64,000 nucleotides of DNA from contig CAYTGR010000019.1 in the NCBI GenBank assembly GCA_964437445.1, positions 5,502-69,501 on the forward strand, in the 5' to 3' direction. Of the stretch, positions 49,047 to 57,196 are shown piece by piece. The DNA comes from an uncultured Anaerolineales bacterium. GTDB taxonomy: Bacteria; Chloroflexota; Anaerolineae; B4-G1; SLSP01. A program made the position numbers and the translations under genes. Under the pieces are notes generated by a model. The model was given only the letters and a program-made list of their open reading frames with translations, ran no database searches and was not told the DNA's origin. Each line of letters starts with the position of its first letter. The stretch's first letter is position 1.

Positions 49047-49082
49047 TTTACCCTCCTTGTGGATAAGACGATAGAGCCAGCT

Positions 49083-49219
49083 GCCCAACGGCCTGTGCTT
49101 CACCTGCGCCGCGCAGCGCAGCGGAGCGGCGTCAGGTGGAACTCCCCCTGGCCGGCGAGGCCAGCCTTCCAACCGGAGGAACGTGCAGGGCTACGTTCTT
49201 AGCGAACGCTTGTTATCTG
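49083..49219. repeat. Copy B of the ~135-bp repeated structured element (see 45082..45216); overlaps the last 6 codons of the res-like gene and ends 33 bp upstream of the beta-helix gene start
   Basis: Direct alignment with copy A. Confidence 0.6.
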
Positions 49220-52200
49220 CCCGAACAGGATCCTCATGGAATCGTAATCCGCCCCACGTTCAAGGAAAAGAATGTGTTTTTCCGCAAACCTGACGCGATC
49301 CCACGTTCCATCATCATAGCGCTGATAGAGGTCATCATATGGTGTCGCGGAGATAATAAAGGCGTCCAGAAAAACATTGGTCCTTTCGCTTCGTTTTCCG
49401 ATTTCTCTTGCCAGTTCCGGTAGCCGCTCGTGCAGACGCGCTTTCTCATCATGGATGTAGGCTTTGGCGTGTATCATTCCATGGGGCTCAATGAACACAA
49501 TGCGCTGAGCGCCGCTATTCTGGTCAACGACCCATAGGATGAAGTCGGGATAGAAGCCGCGCTCCTCGAAGAAGCCTATTCCATAGCCGCGGCTTAAGTT
49601 ACGCAGCAGGAATACTTCCTTGCCCGCCAGCGACTTGTCTTTCTCGGCATTCCAATACTCGCGCAGGTCGCGCACGAAGCGCGCCTCGCTCTCCTTTAGC
49701 CCCGGCGGGACGATTTGCGCTTTTTCCGGCATGTCCACCAGGAGCGGCTGGTAGAGGTGGCGGTCGAAATGAATGCGCGGCAGACCGGCGTTCTCTTGTT
49801 CACAAAGGCGCTGTTGCTCCTTGAGCAAGGCTTGTACGGCCTCCACCAAATGCTCTTCTGAACGCGGGACTCGGACTACGTAGCCTGCTTTTTCTTCGCT
49901 CACCCCCTGCGGCCTGAAGTCCAGGTTGGGATCGCTGGCATCCAGCGGCCGATAGACCATGGTTTGCTCATCCCATTGTTCGCGGCGCGTCTGATAGAAG
50001 CGGTCCAGATACCGGCAAAGGAGTTGCGTCACCGCCTGCTGGAGCAGGACGCGGTCGGCAAAGGATTGCGGCGCGAACACACGCTCATCGGCGATCAGTG
50101 TGCAGAGGGGAATATCCCTGTCATTTTTCAGGCCGATGATCTGGCGCGGTGTTTCCGGTTGAATGACCAGGTTGGTCAGCCCTTTGTGCGTCTTATACGC
50201 CAGCAAGTCGAGATAGGCCTGCTGCCAATCCACCCAGGCCAGGCTTTCGGGGGGCAGAGGGCGCGCCCGGCCGCTGCGCACCTCGACGGCGTGCAGGCCC
50301 AGCCTGGTGCTTTCCATGGCCTGCACCCTGACCGAGAGATCCACCTGCACGGAGATGGAAGCGTCCGGTTCGAGGAGCAGGCTGGCCTCGCGGGCGAAAT
50401 CGCGGCCCTCCGGCGGGCGCGGCACGACCAGCCCGCGTTGGAGAAATTGCTCGTTGGCCCAGACGAACAGCGGCAGTTCGATGGCCGGTTCGACCTCCAC
50501 GCCTTCGCGTTCCAGGTAGTCGCGGAATTGCGCCATGTAGTTGGCGCGCACGGCGAAAATGTTGAGCGTCTCCAGCAGACGGATGTGTTTGGGATGCGTC
50601 CCATCCAGCGCCGCACTGCGTTTGAGGCTCATCCCCTTGCCCTTGAGGCGCACGCCGCGCCCGAGAAGTTGGATGATCTGCGAGCCTTCCTGCCGCCCGA
50701 TGTTCAAGAGGCCCATGCTGGCCACGCGCCAGGAGTTCCAGCCTTCCATGAATTTCTTGGCGCCGATGAGCACATGGATTCCGGAGTCGGGGCGGTTGAT
50801 GCGCTCGAAGAGCGAAGCGGCAATGGCGTCGTCCTCCAGGGTGATGCCGCCGGCATCCTCCTCCACCAGTTTCTTGAAGGCGGAGGTGTCGCCGATGAAA
50901 ATCAGGCCAAAATAGTCCTCGGCGCCCGCCGCCTTGAGGCCCAGTTCGCCGGGACTGCTCTTGATGTCGGCGAGATGCAGACCGCCGCCCGCCGGAGCGT
51001 GGAAGAGGCGCGCCAGGATGGCGGCATAGAGCTGCGCCGGAGTGAGATTCTCTTCTTTCAAGAAGGGGAAACGTCCGGCGAAAATATCCGCGCCGTCGGC
51101 GGAGACCAGCCCGGTTTTCCCGTCCAGGATGGCCTTGAGCGTTTTGACTGCCCAGGCGCGGTCGCTCAGCACGCGGTGCAGGAAGCGCGCCACGGTCAGC
51201 ACGTCGCTGCGCGGCTTTTTGTTCTCGGTGTAAACGGCATTGACCGTGCTGCCGACGAACACCCAGAGCGGCTTCTCCAGGTTGTAGGGACGCAGGGCGT
51301 CATCCTGTTCTTCATAGAGCCGGATTTGCTCGTAAAACGAAAGCAGGTTGCCCAGGAGCAGGGTCTCCCCCTCACCCCAGCCCTCTCCCCTCTGGGGAGA
51401 GGGGGGCGCGTCGCGCAGGTTCAGGATGCGGAAGTCCTTGCCGAAGCCGTCGCCGTAGAAGTAGCGGTAGGAATAGTCGAAGACGATGGCCTTGCCGTAT
51501 TCGGCTGTCAGCGGGTCGTTGCGCGCCGCCGAAAGCGCCTGCCCGAAGGTGGCGCTGTACTCGAAGGTGAAGCCGGTCGCGCCCAGGGCGTCGCGGTAGC
51601 CGCGCCAGGCCTCGCCGCCGGAGCCTTTGTGACCTTCGTCCACGAAGATGAGATTGCGCCCTTCGAAGGTATCCACCGGCACGCTCATGCCGCCGCCGCG
51701 CTTTTCTTCCACCAGTTTGGTGATTTCGATGACCTGCACGGCGTCCCGCCCGCCCGTCCACAGGCCGCTCGTGTTCAGGTCGAAGCGCCGCGCCGGAATG
51801 CCCGAGGCGGCGAGTTCCTCAAGGTGCTGCTCGCTCAGGCCCTCGTTGGGCGTGATGAGCAGGATGTTGTCCAGCGGGGGACGAGTCGCCGAATCGCCCG
51901 TACCGTAGTGCAGAAACTGGTAGTAGTTCAGGTGCAGGAGCAGGGTCTTGCCGCTGCCGGTGGCCATCCAGAAGGCCAGTTTGGTCAAATCGCCCTCGGT
52001 GAAGGGTTCGTCCTGCGGTTCGCCGGGCAGACGACGGGCGTTGCGCCCGGCGACAAAGGCATTCAGGTCGGCTAACAGTTGCGCTTTGGCGTTGAACAGG
52101 CAGTCGAGGACGATTTCGGTGTAGAGCGCCGCCAGGTACTGGAAGTAGCGCAGGGTGATTTTTTCCGTGCGCCCGCGGTTGATTTGCTCCAGGTGCCGGC

Positions 52201-52453
52201 GGATGTTCTGGTCGTAGCGTTCCAGGTCGGCGGCGGGAATCTTGACCTGACTGCCGCGGGCAATGAGATGGTGGTAGAGAAAACTATGCCCGTCCGCGCC
52301 AAAGCCTTCGGCCACGCTCTTGCAGTCTTCCAGGAGGGCGCGGTTGCTCGCATAGCCCAGGAGATGGTTGAGCCAGGCCAGCAGGACAAGGCGGTTTTCG
52401 AGTGTGACGTATTGCTGGAGGCCGTTCGGCATATCACGCCTCCACCCCGGCAA
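49199..52453 (-). CDS. Type III restriction enzyme Res-like subunit: SF2 helicase/ATPase plus C-terminal nuclease-like domain, with ~185-aa N-terminal extension
   Basis: Helicase motif I FWMATGSGKT, motif II FVDEGHKG, motif III SATFG, motif VI QLLGRGVRLKG. C-terminal region carries YPDFILWVVD...IVFIEPHGMIHAK (possible degenerate PD-(D/E)xK). Overlaps the mod stop by 20 bp. Confidence 0.7.
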   Translation of the reverse strand: MPGWRRDMPNGLQQYVTLENRLVLLAWLNHLLGYASNRALLEDCKSVAEGFGADGHSFLYHHLIARGSQVKIPAADLERYDQNIRRHLEQINRGRTEKITLRYFQYLAALYTEIVLDCLFNAKAQLLADLNAFVAGRNARRLPGEPQDEPFTEGDLTKLAFWMATGSGKTLLLHLNYYQFLHYGTGDSATRPPLDNILLITPNEGLSEQHLEELAASGIPARRFDLNTSGLWTGGRDAVQVIEITKLVEEKRGGGMSVPVDTFEGRNLIFVDEGHKGSGGEAWRGYRDALGATGFTFEYSATFGQALSAARNDPLTAEYGKAIVFDYSYRYFYGDGFGKDFRILNLRDAPPSPQRGEGWGEGETLLLGNLLSFYEQIRLYEEQDDALRPYNLEKPLWVFVGSTVNAVYTENKKPRSDVLTVARFLHRVLSDRAWAVKTLKAILDGKTGLVSADGADIFAGRFPFLKEENLTPAQLYAAILARLFHAPAGGGLHLADIKSSPGELGLKAAGAEDYFGLIFIGDTSAFKKLVEEDAGGITLEDDAIAASLFERINRPDSGIHVLIGAKKFMEGWNSWRVASMGLLNIGRQEGSQIIQLLGRGVRLKGKGMSLKRSAALDGTHPKHIRLLETLNIFAVRANYMAQFRDYLEREGVEVEPAIELPLFVWANEQFLQRGLVVPRPPEGRDFAREASLLLEPDASISVQVDLSVRVQAMESTRLGLHAVEVRSGRARPLPPESLAWVDWQQAYLDLLAYKTHKGLTNLVIQPETPRQIIGLKNDRDIPLCTLIADERVFAPQSFADRVLLQQAVTQLLCRYLDRFYQTRREQWDEQTMVYRPLDASDPNLDFRPQGVSEEKAGYVVRVPRSEEHLVEAVQALLKEQQRLCEQENAGLPRIHFDRHLYQPLLVDMPEKAQIVPPGLKESEARFVRDLREYWNAEKDKSLAGKEVFLLRNLSRGYGIGFFEERGFYPDFILWVVDQNSGAQRIVFIEPHGMIHAKAYIHDEKARLHERLPELAREIGKRSERTNVFLDAFIISATPYDDLYQRYDDGTWDRVRFAEKHILFLERGADYDSMRILFGQITSVR
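51366..51407. repeat. GC-rich palindromic ~39-bp element inserted in-frame within res (CCCTCTCCCC-TCT-GGGGAGAGGG core); encodes PSPQRGEGWGEGE
   Basis: Read directly. Related copies at 52669..52707 and 54707..54747 inside mod. Confidence 0.6.
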
Positions 52454-55400
52454 ACATGCGTTCCTTGAAAAGCGGATCCAGCGACTGCGCGCCGGGGATG
52501 AGCGAATCGCCGTTCACAAAGACCTCATCCGCGCCATCGGTCAGTTTCTGTTTGGCAACAAAGTCGCGGTCGCGCTCGTAGTCTTCTTTCGTCCAGCCCT
52601 GCGTCTCGCGCCAGATAACGGCCACGGCGCGCCCGTTTCGCAGAAGGCCGCGATAGACCAGGTAGCGGCCCTCACCCCCGGCCCCTCTCCCAGCGGGAGA
52701 GGGGAGGACGCGGCGCGTCTGCACGTCCAGCCCCAGCAGGTAGTTGAAGGTTTCGGGCAAATCCACCAGGCGCTCGCGGGTTTCGCCGTCGCGGTGGAAG
52801 CGCAGTTTGTAGGCGAAGGGCGTCTGGAGTTTCTCCACGTCCAGCAGGGTTGCGCTGTGGCGGGTCTCCCACTTGAGCATGTAGTGGAGCAGGTAGTCGT
52901 CTCGGAAGAGTTCCAGCACCTTCTGGCCGCCTGCGTCATCAAAGGTCAGGTTGTTGAGCGCGTCCTCGAAGGATTCCAGGCGGATGATTTTGACAATACG
53001 CGGGCTTCGTTCGGCTTCTTCGGCTGTCGCCATGCGCTTGGGCTTGCCGTCCTTCCACTCCGGCGTGAAGGTGACTTTTTTGATGCGCGGCAGGAGTACG
53101 GTGTCGAAGTAGTGCGCCATTTCAACAAGGATGAACTTGCGCCGCCCGCCATCTTCGCGGTTGAGGTTGATGACCGCGTGGCCGGTGGTGCCGGAGCCGG
53201 CGAAGAAGTCGAGAACTTGCTCTTCACTATTGAGATTGCACACCCGAAGACAGTCGTTGACTGTGTAAATTGATTTTGGAAAGGAGAACAAGGTTGTACT
53301 TCCTAAAATATGTCCAAGCAGGTTAGTACCATAATCGGTTGCTGAATACTTGCTGTCAAGCCAAAGTGTTGGCGGCAAGGTTCCATGTCGCATGCGAGAT
53401 TTCATGTAGACTCCCAGCCTGCCAGTTCTGTCTGGCTTTGCAACCAGCTCTGATAAATTTTTCATTGCTGTTTCATGTCCCCACTTCCATGTCTTCTCAT
53501 CTCCTTTTTCATCCACCGGCCAGACAACCGTTTCTTCTGCTGATGGCTCTTGAAGAATAGTCCAGCTACGTCTTGACTCATCCCATTCTATCTGTGGAAT
53601 ACGGAGGGAACCATCTGTGCGCGCATATATCGGATAGAAAAGCTTCGGTCGTGCGAATCTATTTGCGTTGAACCCCCCGTGTTTGCGAAAATTTACCCAT
53701 TCAAATCGTCCTTTTGCATCAGATTCGTTATATCTCGCGATTTGACGCTCGGTTTTCGCAAGTTCGCCAATTGTGACTTCCTTGGAATAACCGACAAAGA
53801 GTGCATAGTCGTGAGAGACTGAGAGCCCCGTTATGGCAGACCTGCCTGCAGGGTTACTGCGAACTACTACTGTACCCAGAATTGACTCGGTGCCAAAAAG
53901 TGTCTGTAGGGCCATGTGTAGCCGACTATACTCAGAATCGTCAATGGCAATGCACCATTGTCCGTAAGCTTCCAGAACAAATGTCGAGAGAAATATACGG
54001 TCTATAAGCAAGGTAAGCCAAGAAGAATGCTTGTAATCGTTTTTGTACAAGATTTCTGATGCAGCCGTGTTATACGGCGGGTCAATGTAAATGCACTTCA
54101 CCCGCTGGCGGTACTTTTCCTGCAACAGGTTGAGCGCCTGCCAGTTTTCGGAGTGCACCAAGAGACCGTCGGTGAGTTCGTCAAGATTGTCAAACGAAGC
54201 CAGCAGGCGGTCGGTGAAGTCTTGGGGGAAATGGCGCGTGTCGAGCGGCAGGGTGGGATGGGCCTGGAGAAAATCCACGCGCTGCTGCGCGCCTTTCGGC
54301 GACTCAACGGCCAGGAGCGCCCGCCACTCCTCCCACTGCGCCTCACAGGCGGCGATCTCCGGGTAGAACGCTTCGGGGATGTTGCCGACGGTGATGACGT
54401 AGAAGGTCTCGGTAACAAACTTCTTCTTCTCCCAGAGCATCTTCTGGAAGTCTTCGATTTGCGCCAGAAAGTCAATGATAACGCTGCCAATGCGCTTGAC
54501 CAGGCGCATGAGCTGGAACCAACCCTCGGCTAATTGCTCGCCGGCGGCTTCCATCTCTTCAAGGTTGAGCGCTTCGTTCTTCAGGTAAAAGTCGAGTTCG
54601 CGGGCAAGAAAGCCGCGCAGGTCCTTGTGGATGAAAAAGTCGCTGGTGTTGCGGCGGGTGTACTGGCGCAGGTGGTATTCCAGCAGGGAAACCGCCGCGC
54701 CATTTTCTTCCCCTCTCCCTTTGGGGGAGGGGGCAGGGGTGGGGGTGCGCCGTTCGGCGGTCAGCGCGGCTATGGCTTCGGGGGCTTTGATGCGCTTGGG
54801 AATGTCGGCGACAGCTTTGGCAAGGATGGCTTCCTGCTGGTTCTTTTGACCGTAGGCGATGGTCTCCTGCGCGGTCAGCGGGCGGAACTGGAAGGGGATG
54901 GTCAATGTGCGCGACGCTTCATCCCAGGCGAGGCCGTCCAGCACGGGCAGGAAGAAGCGCTTCTCGCCCTTGATATTGCCCTGCTCCACGTCGGCCTGCC
55001 GGAGTTCGAAGCGCACGGTCACGCCGTTGGGGGCTTTGTAGGTGTAGTCGGTGAAATACTCGCCGGTCTTGACGTAGTACTGGTCGTGGTTGGCCCAGTA
55101 GAGCGTCACCTCCTCGCCGTTGTAGGGGATGGCGTAGCGTTCCTTCTTCGAGTAGCGGCGCCTGGAGATAAAGTCGCCATCCTGCCAGTAGCGGGAGAAG
55201 AAGGCGTAGAGGTGGTTGTAGATGGCGGCTTCCAGGGTCTCAGTAGAACGAGCGCCCCGGGCTTTGGCCTGCGCTTCCAGGTATTCCTTTCCCGCTCTGG
55301 TAGCGCGGTAGGTTTCGGCCAGGTTGCCGTCGGCGTCTAAGGCGTCTTCGCCCAGCGCGTCCAACACCTTCTGGCGGGCGGCCTGCAGGGCTTCCTGCGC

Positions 55401-55595
55401 CTGTCCCTGCTCGGCCAGCGCGCCGCGCCGCAATTCCTCGGAGATGGCGCGGGGCAGGTCTTCGGTAATCCACTTCTCGATCGCCTGCCGCTTGTAATTC
55501 ATGATGCGGTAGATGCCGAAGTCCAGGTCGGCGCAATCAAATTGGAAAAGGTCGCGCAAGAGGGATTGGAATTGTTCAAGAGGTCTTGTCGTCAT
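52434..55595 (-). CDS. Type III-like DNA N6-adenine (or N4-cytosine) methyltransferase Mod, beta-class (motif IV before motif I), with ~500-aa N-terminal extension of unknown function
   Basis: Motif IV IYIDPPYNT at ~residue 520 and motif I DFFAGSGTTGHAV at ~residue 790, with an AT-rich TRD between them. N-terminal 1-500 has no recognised domain (starts MTTRPLEQFQSLLRDLFQFDCADLDFGIYRIMNYKRQ). 1053 aa. Confidence 0.8.
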   Translation of the reverse strand: MTTRPLEQFQSLLRDLFQFDCADLDFGIYRIMNYKRQAIEKWITEDLPRAISEELRRGALAEQGQAQEALQAARQKVLDALGEDALDADGNLAETYRATRAGKEYLEAQAKARGARSTETLEAAIYNHLYAFFSRYWQDGDFISRRRYSKKERYAIPYNGEEVTLYWANHDQYYVKTGEYFTDYTYKAPNGVTVRFELRQADVEQGNIKGEKRFFLPVLDGLAWDEASRTLTIPFQFRPLTAQETIAYGQKNQQEAILAKAVADIPKRIKAPEAIAALTAERRTPTPAPSPKGRGEENGAAVSLLEYHLRQYTRRNTSDFFIHKDLRGFLARELDFYLKNEALNLEEMEAAGEQLAEGWFQLMRLVKRIGSVIIDFLAQIEDFQKMLWEKKKFVTETFYVITVGNIPEAFYPEIAACEAQWEEWRALLAVESPKGAQQRVDFLQAHPTLPLDTRHFPQDFTDRLLASFDNLDELTDGLLVHSENWQALNLLQEKYRQRVKCIYIDPPYNTAASEILYKNDYKHSSWLTLLIDRIFLSTFVLEAYGQWCIAIDDSEYSRLHMALQTLFGTESILGTVVVRSNPAGRSAITGLSVSHDYALFVGYSKEVTIGELAKTERQIARYNESDAKGRFEWVNFRKHGGFNANRFARPKLFYPIYARTDGSLRIPQIEWDESRRSWTILQEPSAEETVVWPVDEKGDEKTWKWGHETAMKNLSELVAKPDRTGRLGVYMKSRMRHGTLPPTLWLDSKYSATDYGTNLLGHILGSTTLFSFPKSIYTVNDCLRVCNLNSEEQVLDFFAGSGTTGHAVINLNREDGGRRKFILVEMAHYFDTVLLPRIKKVTFTPEWKDGKPKRMATAEEAERSPRIVKIIRLESFEDALNNLTFDDAGGQKVLELFRDDYLLHYMLKWETRHSATLLDVEKLQTPFAYKLRFHRDGETRERLVDLPETFNYLLGLDVQTRRVLPSPAGRGAGGEGRYLVYRGLLRNGRAVAVIWRETQGWTKEDYERDRDFVAKQKLTDGADEVFVNGDSLIPGAQSLDPLFKERMFAGVEA
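52669..52707. repeat. GC-rich palindromic element copy 2 (CCCCTCTCCC-AGC-GGGAGAGGGG) in-frame within mod; encodes PSPAGRGAGGEGR
   Basis: Read directly; same orientation and flanks (CCCTCACCCC) as the copy in res. Confidence 0.6.
54707..54747. repeat. GC-rich palindromic element copy 3 (inverted orientation) in-frame within mod; encodes PSPKGRGEENG
   Basis: CCCCTCTCCC-TTTG-GGGGAGGGGGCAGGGGTGGGGG aligns with the reverse complement of copy 1. Confidence 0.55.
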
Positions 55596-55774
55596 CTATA
55601 TCCTCGTTGAAGAAGAACAAACGTCGGGTAATCATGCACCAGAATTCCCGGAATGGACAGACCTCCATCCCGGGTAAACACCAGTTCTTGCTGATAGGCA
55701 TAGAGCGGGTCAATCCCGATCACTTTTTCGGCCCTTCGGGGTAGAGCGTGTCCTGTGCCCGGTCCGTTCCACAT
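55592..55774 (-). CDS. Small hypothetical protein (~60 aa) translationally coupled to mod
   Basis: Its stop TGA overlaps the mod ATG (ATGA). Sequence MWNGPGTGHALPRRAEKVIGIDPLYAYQQELVFTRDGGLSIPGILVHDYPTFVLLQRGYR. No clear RBS, and the track ORF extends to 55909, overlapping the upstream gene. Confidence 0.3.
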   Translation of the reverse strand: MWNGPGTGHALPRRAEKVIGIDPLYAYQQELVFTRDGGLSIPGILVHDYPTFVLLQRGYR

Positions 55775-55799
55775 AGCATACTTGAAGAAACAACCGTTG

Positions 55800-56768
55800 T
55801 CAACCCAACGTCCTTCTGCGTGCCCCAGCCCTTCTGAACCATCCCCGTTTTTTCGATTTTGGCCCGCTCTGCAACAGTTCTGCCAGGGTGATTTCGCCCG
55901 TCCGGACACGGTGGATCTCCTGCAAGGTGTAGCCCTCCATCAGCAGCTCACGCACATCGTAACCGATCTCCGCGCTGACCGTACCGATGTTGCCGACCGC
56001 CTGGCCGCCCTGCGGCTCTGCGCGCCTGGATGGATCCTCCAGCACAGCCTCGGCGGGCGTCCCTGCAATGGCTTCGCGCAGAAGCGCCTGGAAGACCGGG
56101 AAATTGGCAATGCGGCTATGCATGACCAGTTTCCATGGCGTGCGCTGGCCTTTCTTGTGGATGAGCAGGTCGCCGGTCTGCGTGAAGCGCATCTTCTCCA
56201 CCTCCGCCCAGGTCAGCGTCTCGCCCGCAGAAACCAACCCGCTCCCGTTGACGCCAATCTGTTTTCCAAAGGGAACCGTCGCGCCCGACTTGAGCGCTGA
56301 TTGCGCCGCCGGGAGCAGTAAATTACCCGTTTCTTTCAGCACTACGTGTCCAAGGTTGAAAATCTTTTCATAAGCCATATTCAGTTTAATGCGCCGCCCA
56401 TCCCGGGTGTGGACGGTGTATACCCACTGGATGGGACGCCACCCCAGCCTGATCCGGCGCATATCGTAGCCAATAAACTCATACATTTCGGCCACTTCGT
56501 CCCAGCGGAAAGAGAACCGGCGTCCCAGCCAATCCATGCCGACCACTCCTTTATCGTAAACTTCCACCCTGGCGCGCATCTGGGCGCGGTAACCCCACAA
56601 CAATCCTGCGGCGATGAGCAGCATGGCGATGCCCCCGACCGGGATGGGGGCCATCAGAATCAGGCCAACAATGATGAAAACTGGCATTACATAGAGAATC
56701 ACCCGCGCGTTCGCCTTGTTTGGTCCGAAAGTGGCGCGTAAAGAACCTAACTCGATGTCTGGCAACAT
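55800..56768 (-). CDS. Membrane protein with two N-terminal TM helices and tandem bacterial PH (bPH_2/YdbT-like) domains
   Basis: VMPVFIIVGLILMAPIPVGGIAMLLIAAGLLWGY (2 TM), then two PH-like blocks (RFSFRWDEVAEMYEFIG... and GETLTWAEVEKMRFTQTGDLLIHKKG). Family assignment is from pattern memory. Confidence 0.45.
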   Translation of the reverse strand: MLPDIELGSLRATFGPNKANARVILYVMPVFIIVGLILMAPIPVGGIAMLLIAAGLLWGYRAQMRARVEVYDKGVVGMDWLGRRFSFRWDEVAEMYEFIGYDMRRIRLGWRPIQWVYTVHTRDGRRIKLNMAYEKIFNLGHVVLKETGNLLLPAAQSALKSGATVPFGKQIGVNGSGLVSAGETLTWAEVEKMRFTQTGDLLIHKKGQRTPWKLVMHSRIANFPVFQALLREAIAGTPAEAVLEDPSRRAEPQGGQAVGNIGTVSAEIGYDVRELLMEGYTLQEIHRVRTGEITLAELLQSGPKSKKRGWFRRAGARRRTLG

Positions 56769-56802
56769 AGGCCCTCCAATTTGCGAATTTTATGGCAGAT
56801 TA

Positions 56803-56832
56803 TCAGGCGTCCGCAGTCCCCTTGCAATGCAG
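56803..56832. other. Strong hairpin (GCAGTCCCCT / AGGGGACTGC 10-bp stem) between the zinc-ribbon gene and the bPH gene
   Basis: Perfect inverted repeat read directly; no clear U-tract on either strand. Confidence 0.4.
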
Positions 56833-56878
56833 GGGACTGCTTCACCAAAGGCTTCGCAGTGACAGATGAATATGTCGG

Positions 56879-57106
56879 TCAGGCTTTATCGTCGGGGAGA
56901 GTATCGTCTGAGTCTTGCGGGTGAGCGTCGGTAGCCTTATCCGGTGCGGAGCCTTGCTGGGCAGCCTGCTTTGCCGCTTCGACAAACGGATTGGGATGCT
57001 TGTTCTTATCTTCTACACGAAACCCACAAACGTTGCACCACATGGGGCCGAAAGGCATGCGGTATTGATTGATTTGCGTACTCCCACACTTGGGACACCT
57101 TAACAT
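56879..57106 (-). CDS. Small zinc-ribbon protein
   Basis: MLRCPKCGSTQINQYRMPFGPMWCNVCGFRVEDK has CxxC...CxxC. AAAGGAG lies 6 nt upstream of the ATG at 57106. Confidence 0.45.
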   Translation of the reverse strand: MLRCPKCGSTQINQYRMPFGPMWCNVCGFRVEDKNKHPNPFVEAAKQAAQQGSAPDKATDAHPQDSDDTLPDDKA

Positions 57107-57196
57107 GAGCACTCCTTTTGATAAGCGCCGCCCAACCATAACGCGGGCGGATTGTGAATGTACTTGAATTCATCAATTGCAATTCCAATCGTCATT

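Noticed and set aside
49964-53273. 703-aa and 301-aa plus-strand ORFs
   Set aside because: Antisense to the res and mod genes, whose helicase and methyltransferase motifs are unambiguous on the minus strand.
55592-55909. Full 105-aa version of the small ORF upstream of mod
   Set aside because: Its first 45 codons overlap the 3' end of the bPH gene in another frame. Only the distal ~60-aa portion (from ATG 55774) is kept, at low confidence.
56803-56832. Hairpin as an intrinsic terminator
   Set aside because: Perfect 10-bp stem but no U-tract on either strand. Kept only as a structural feature.
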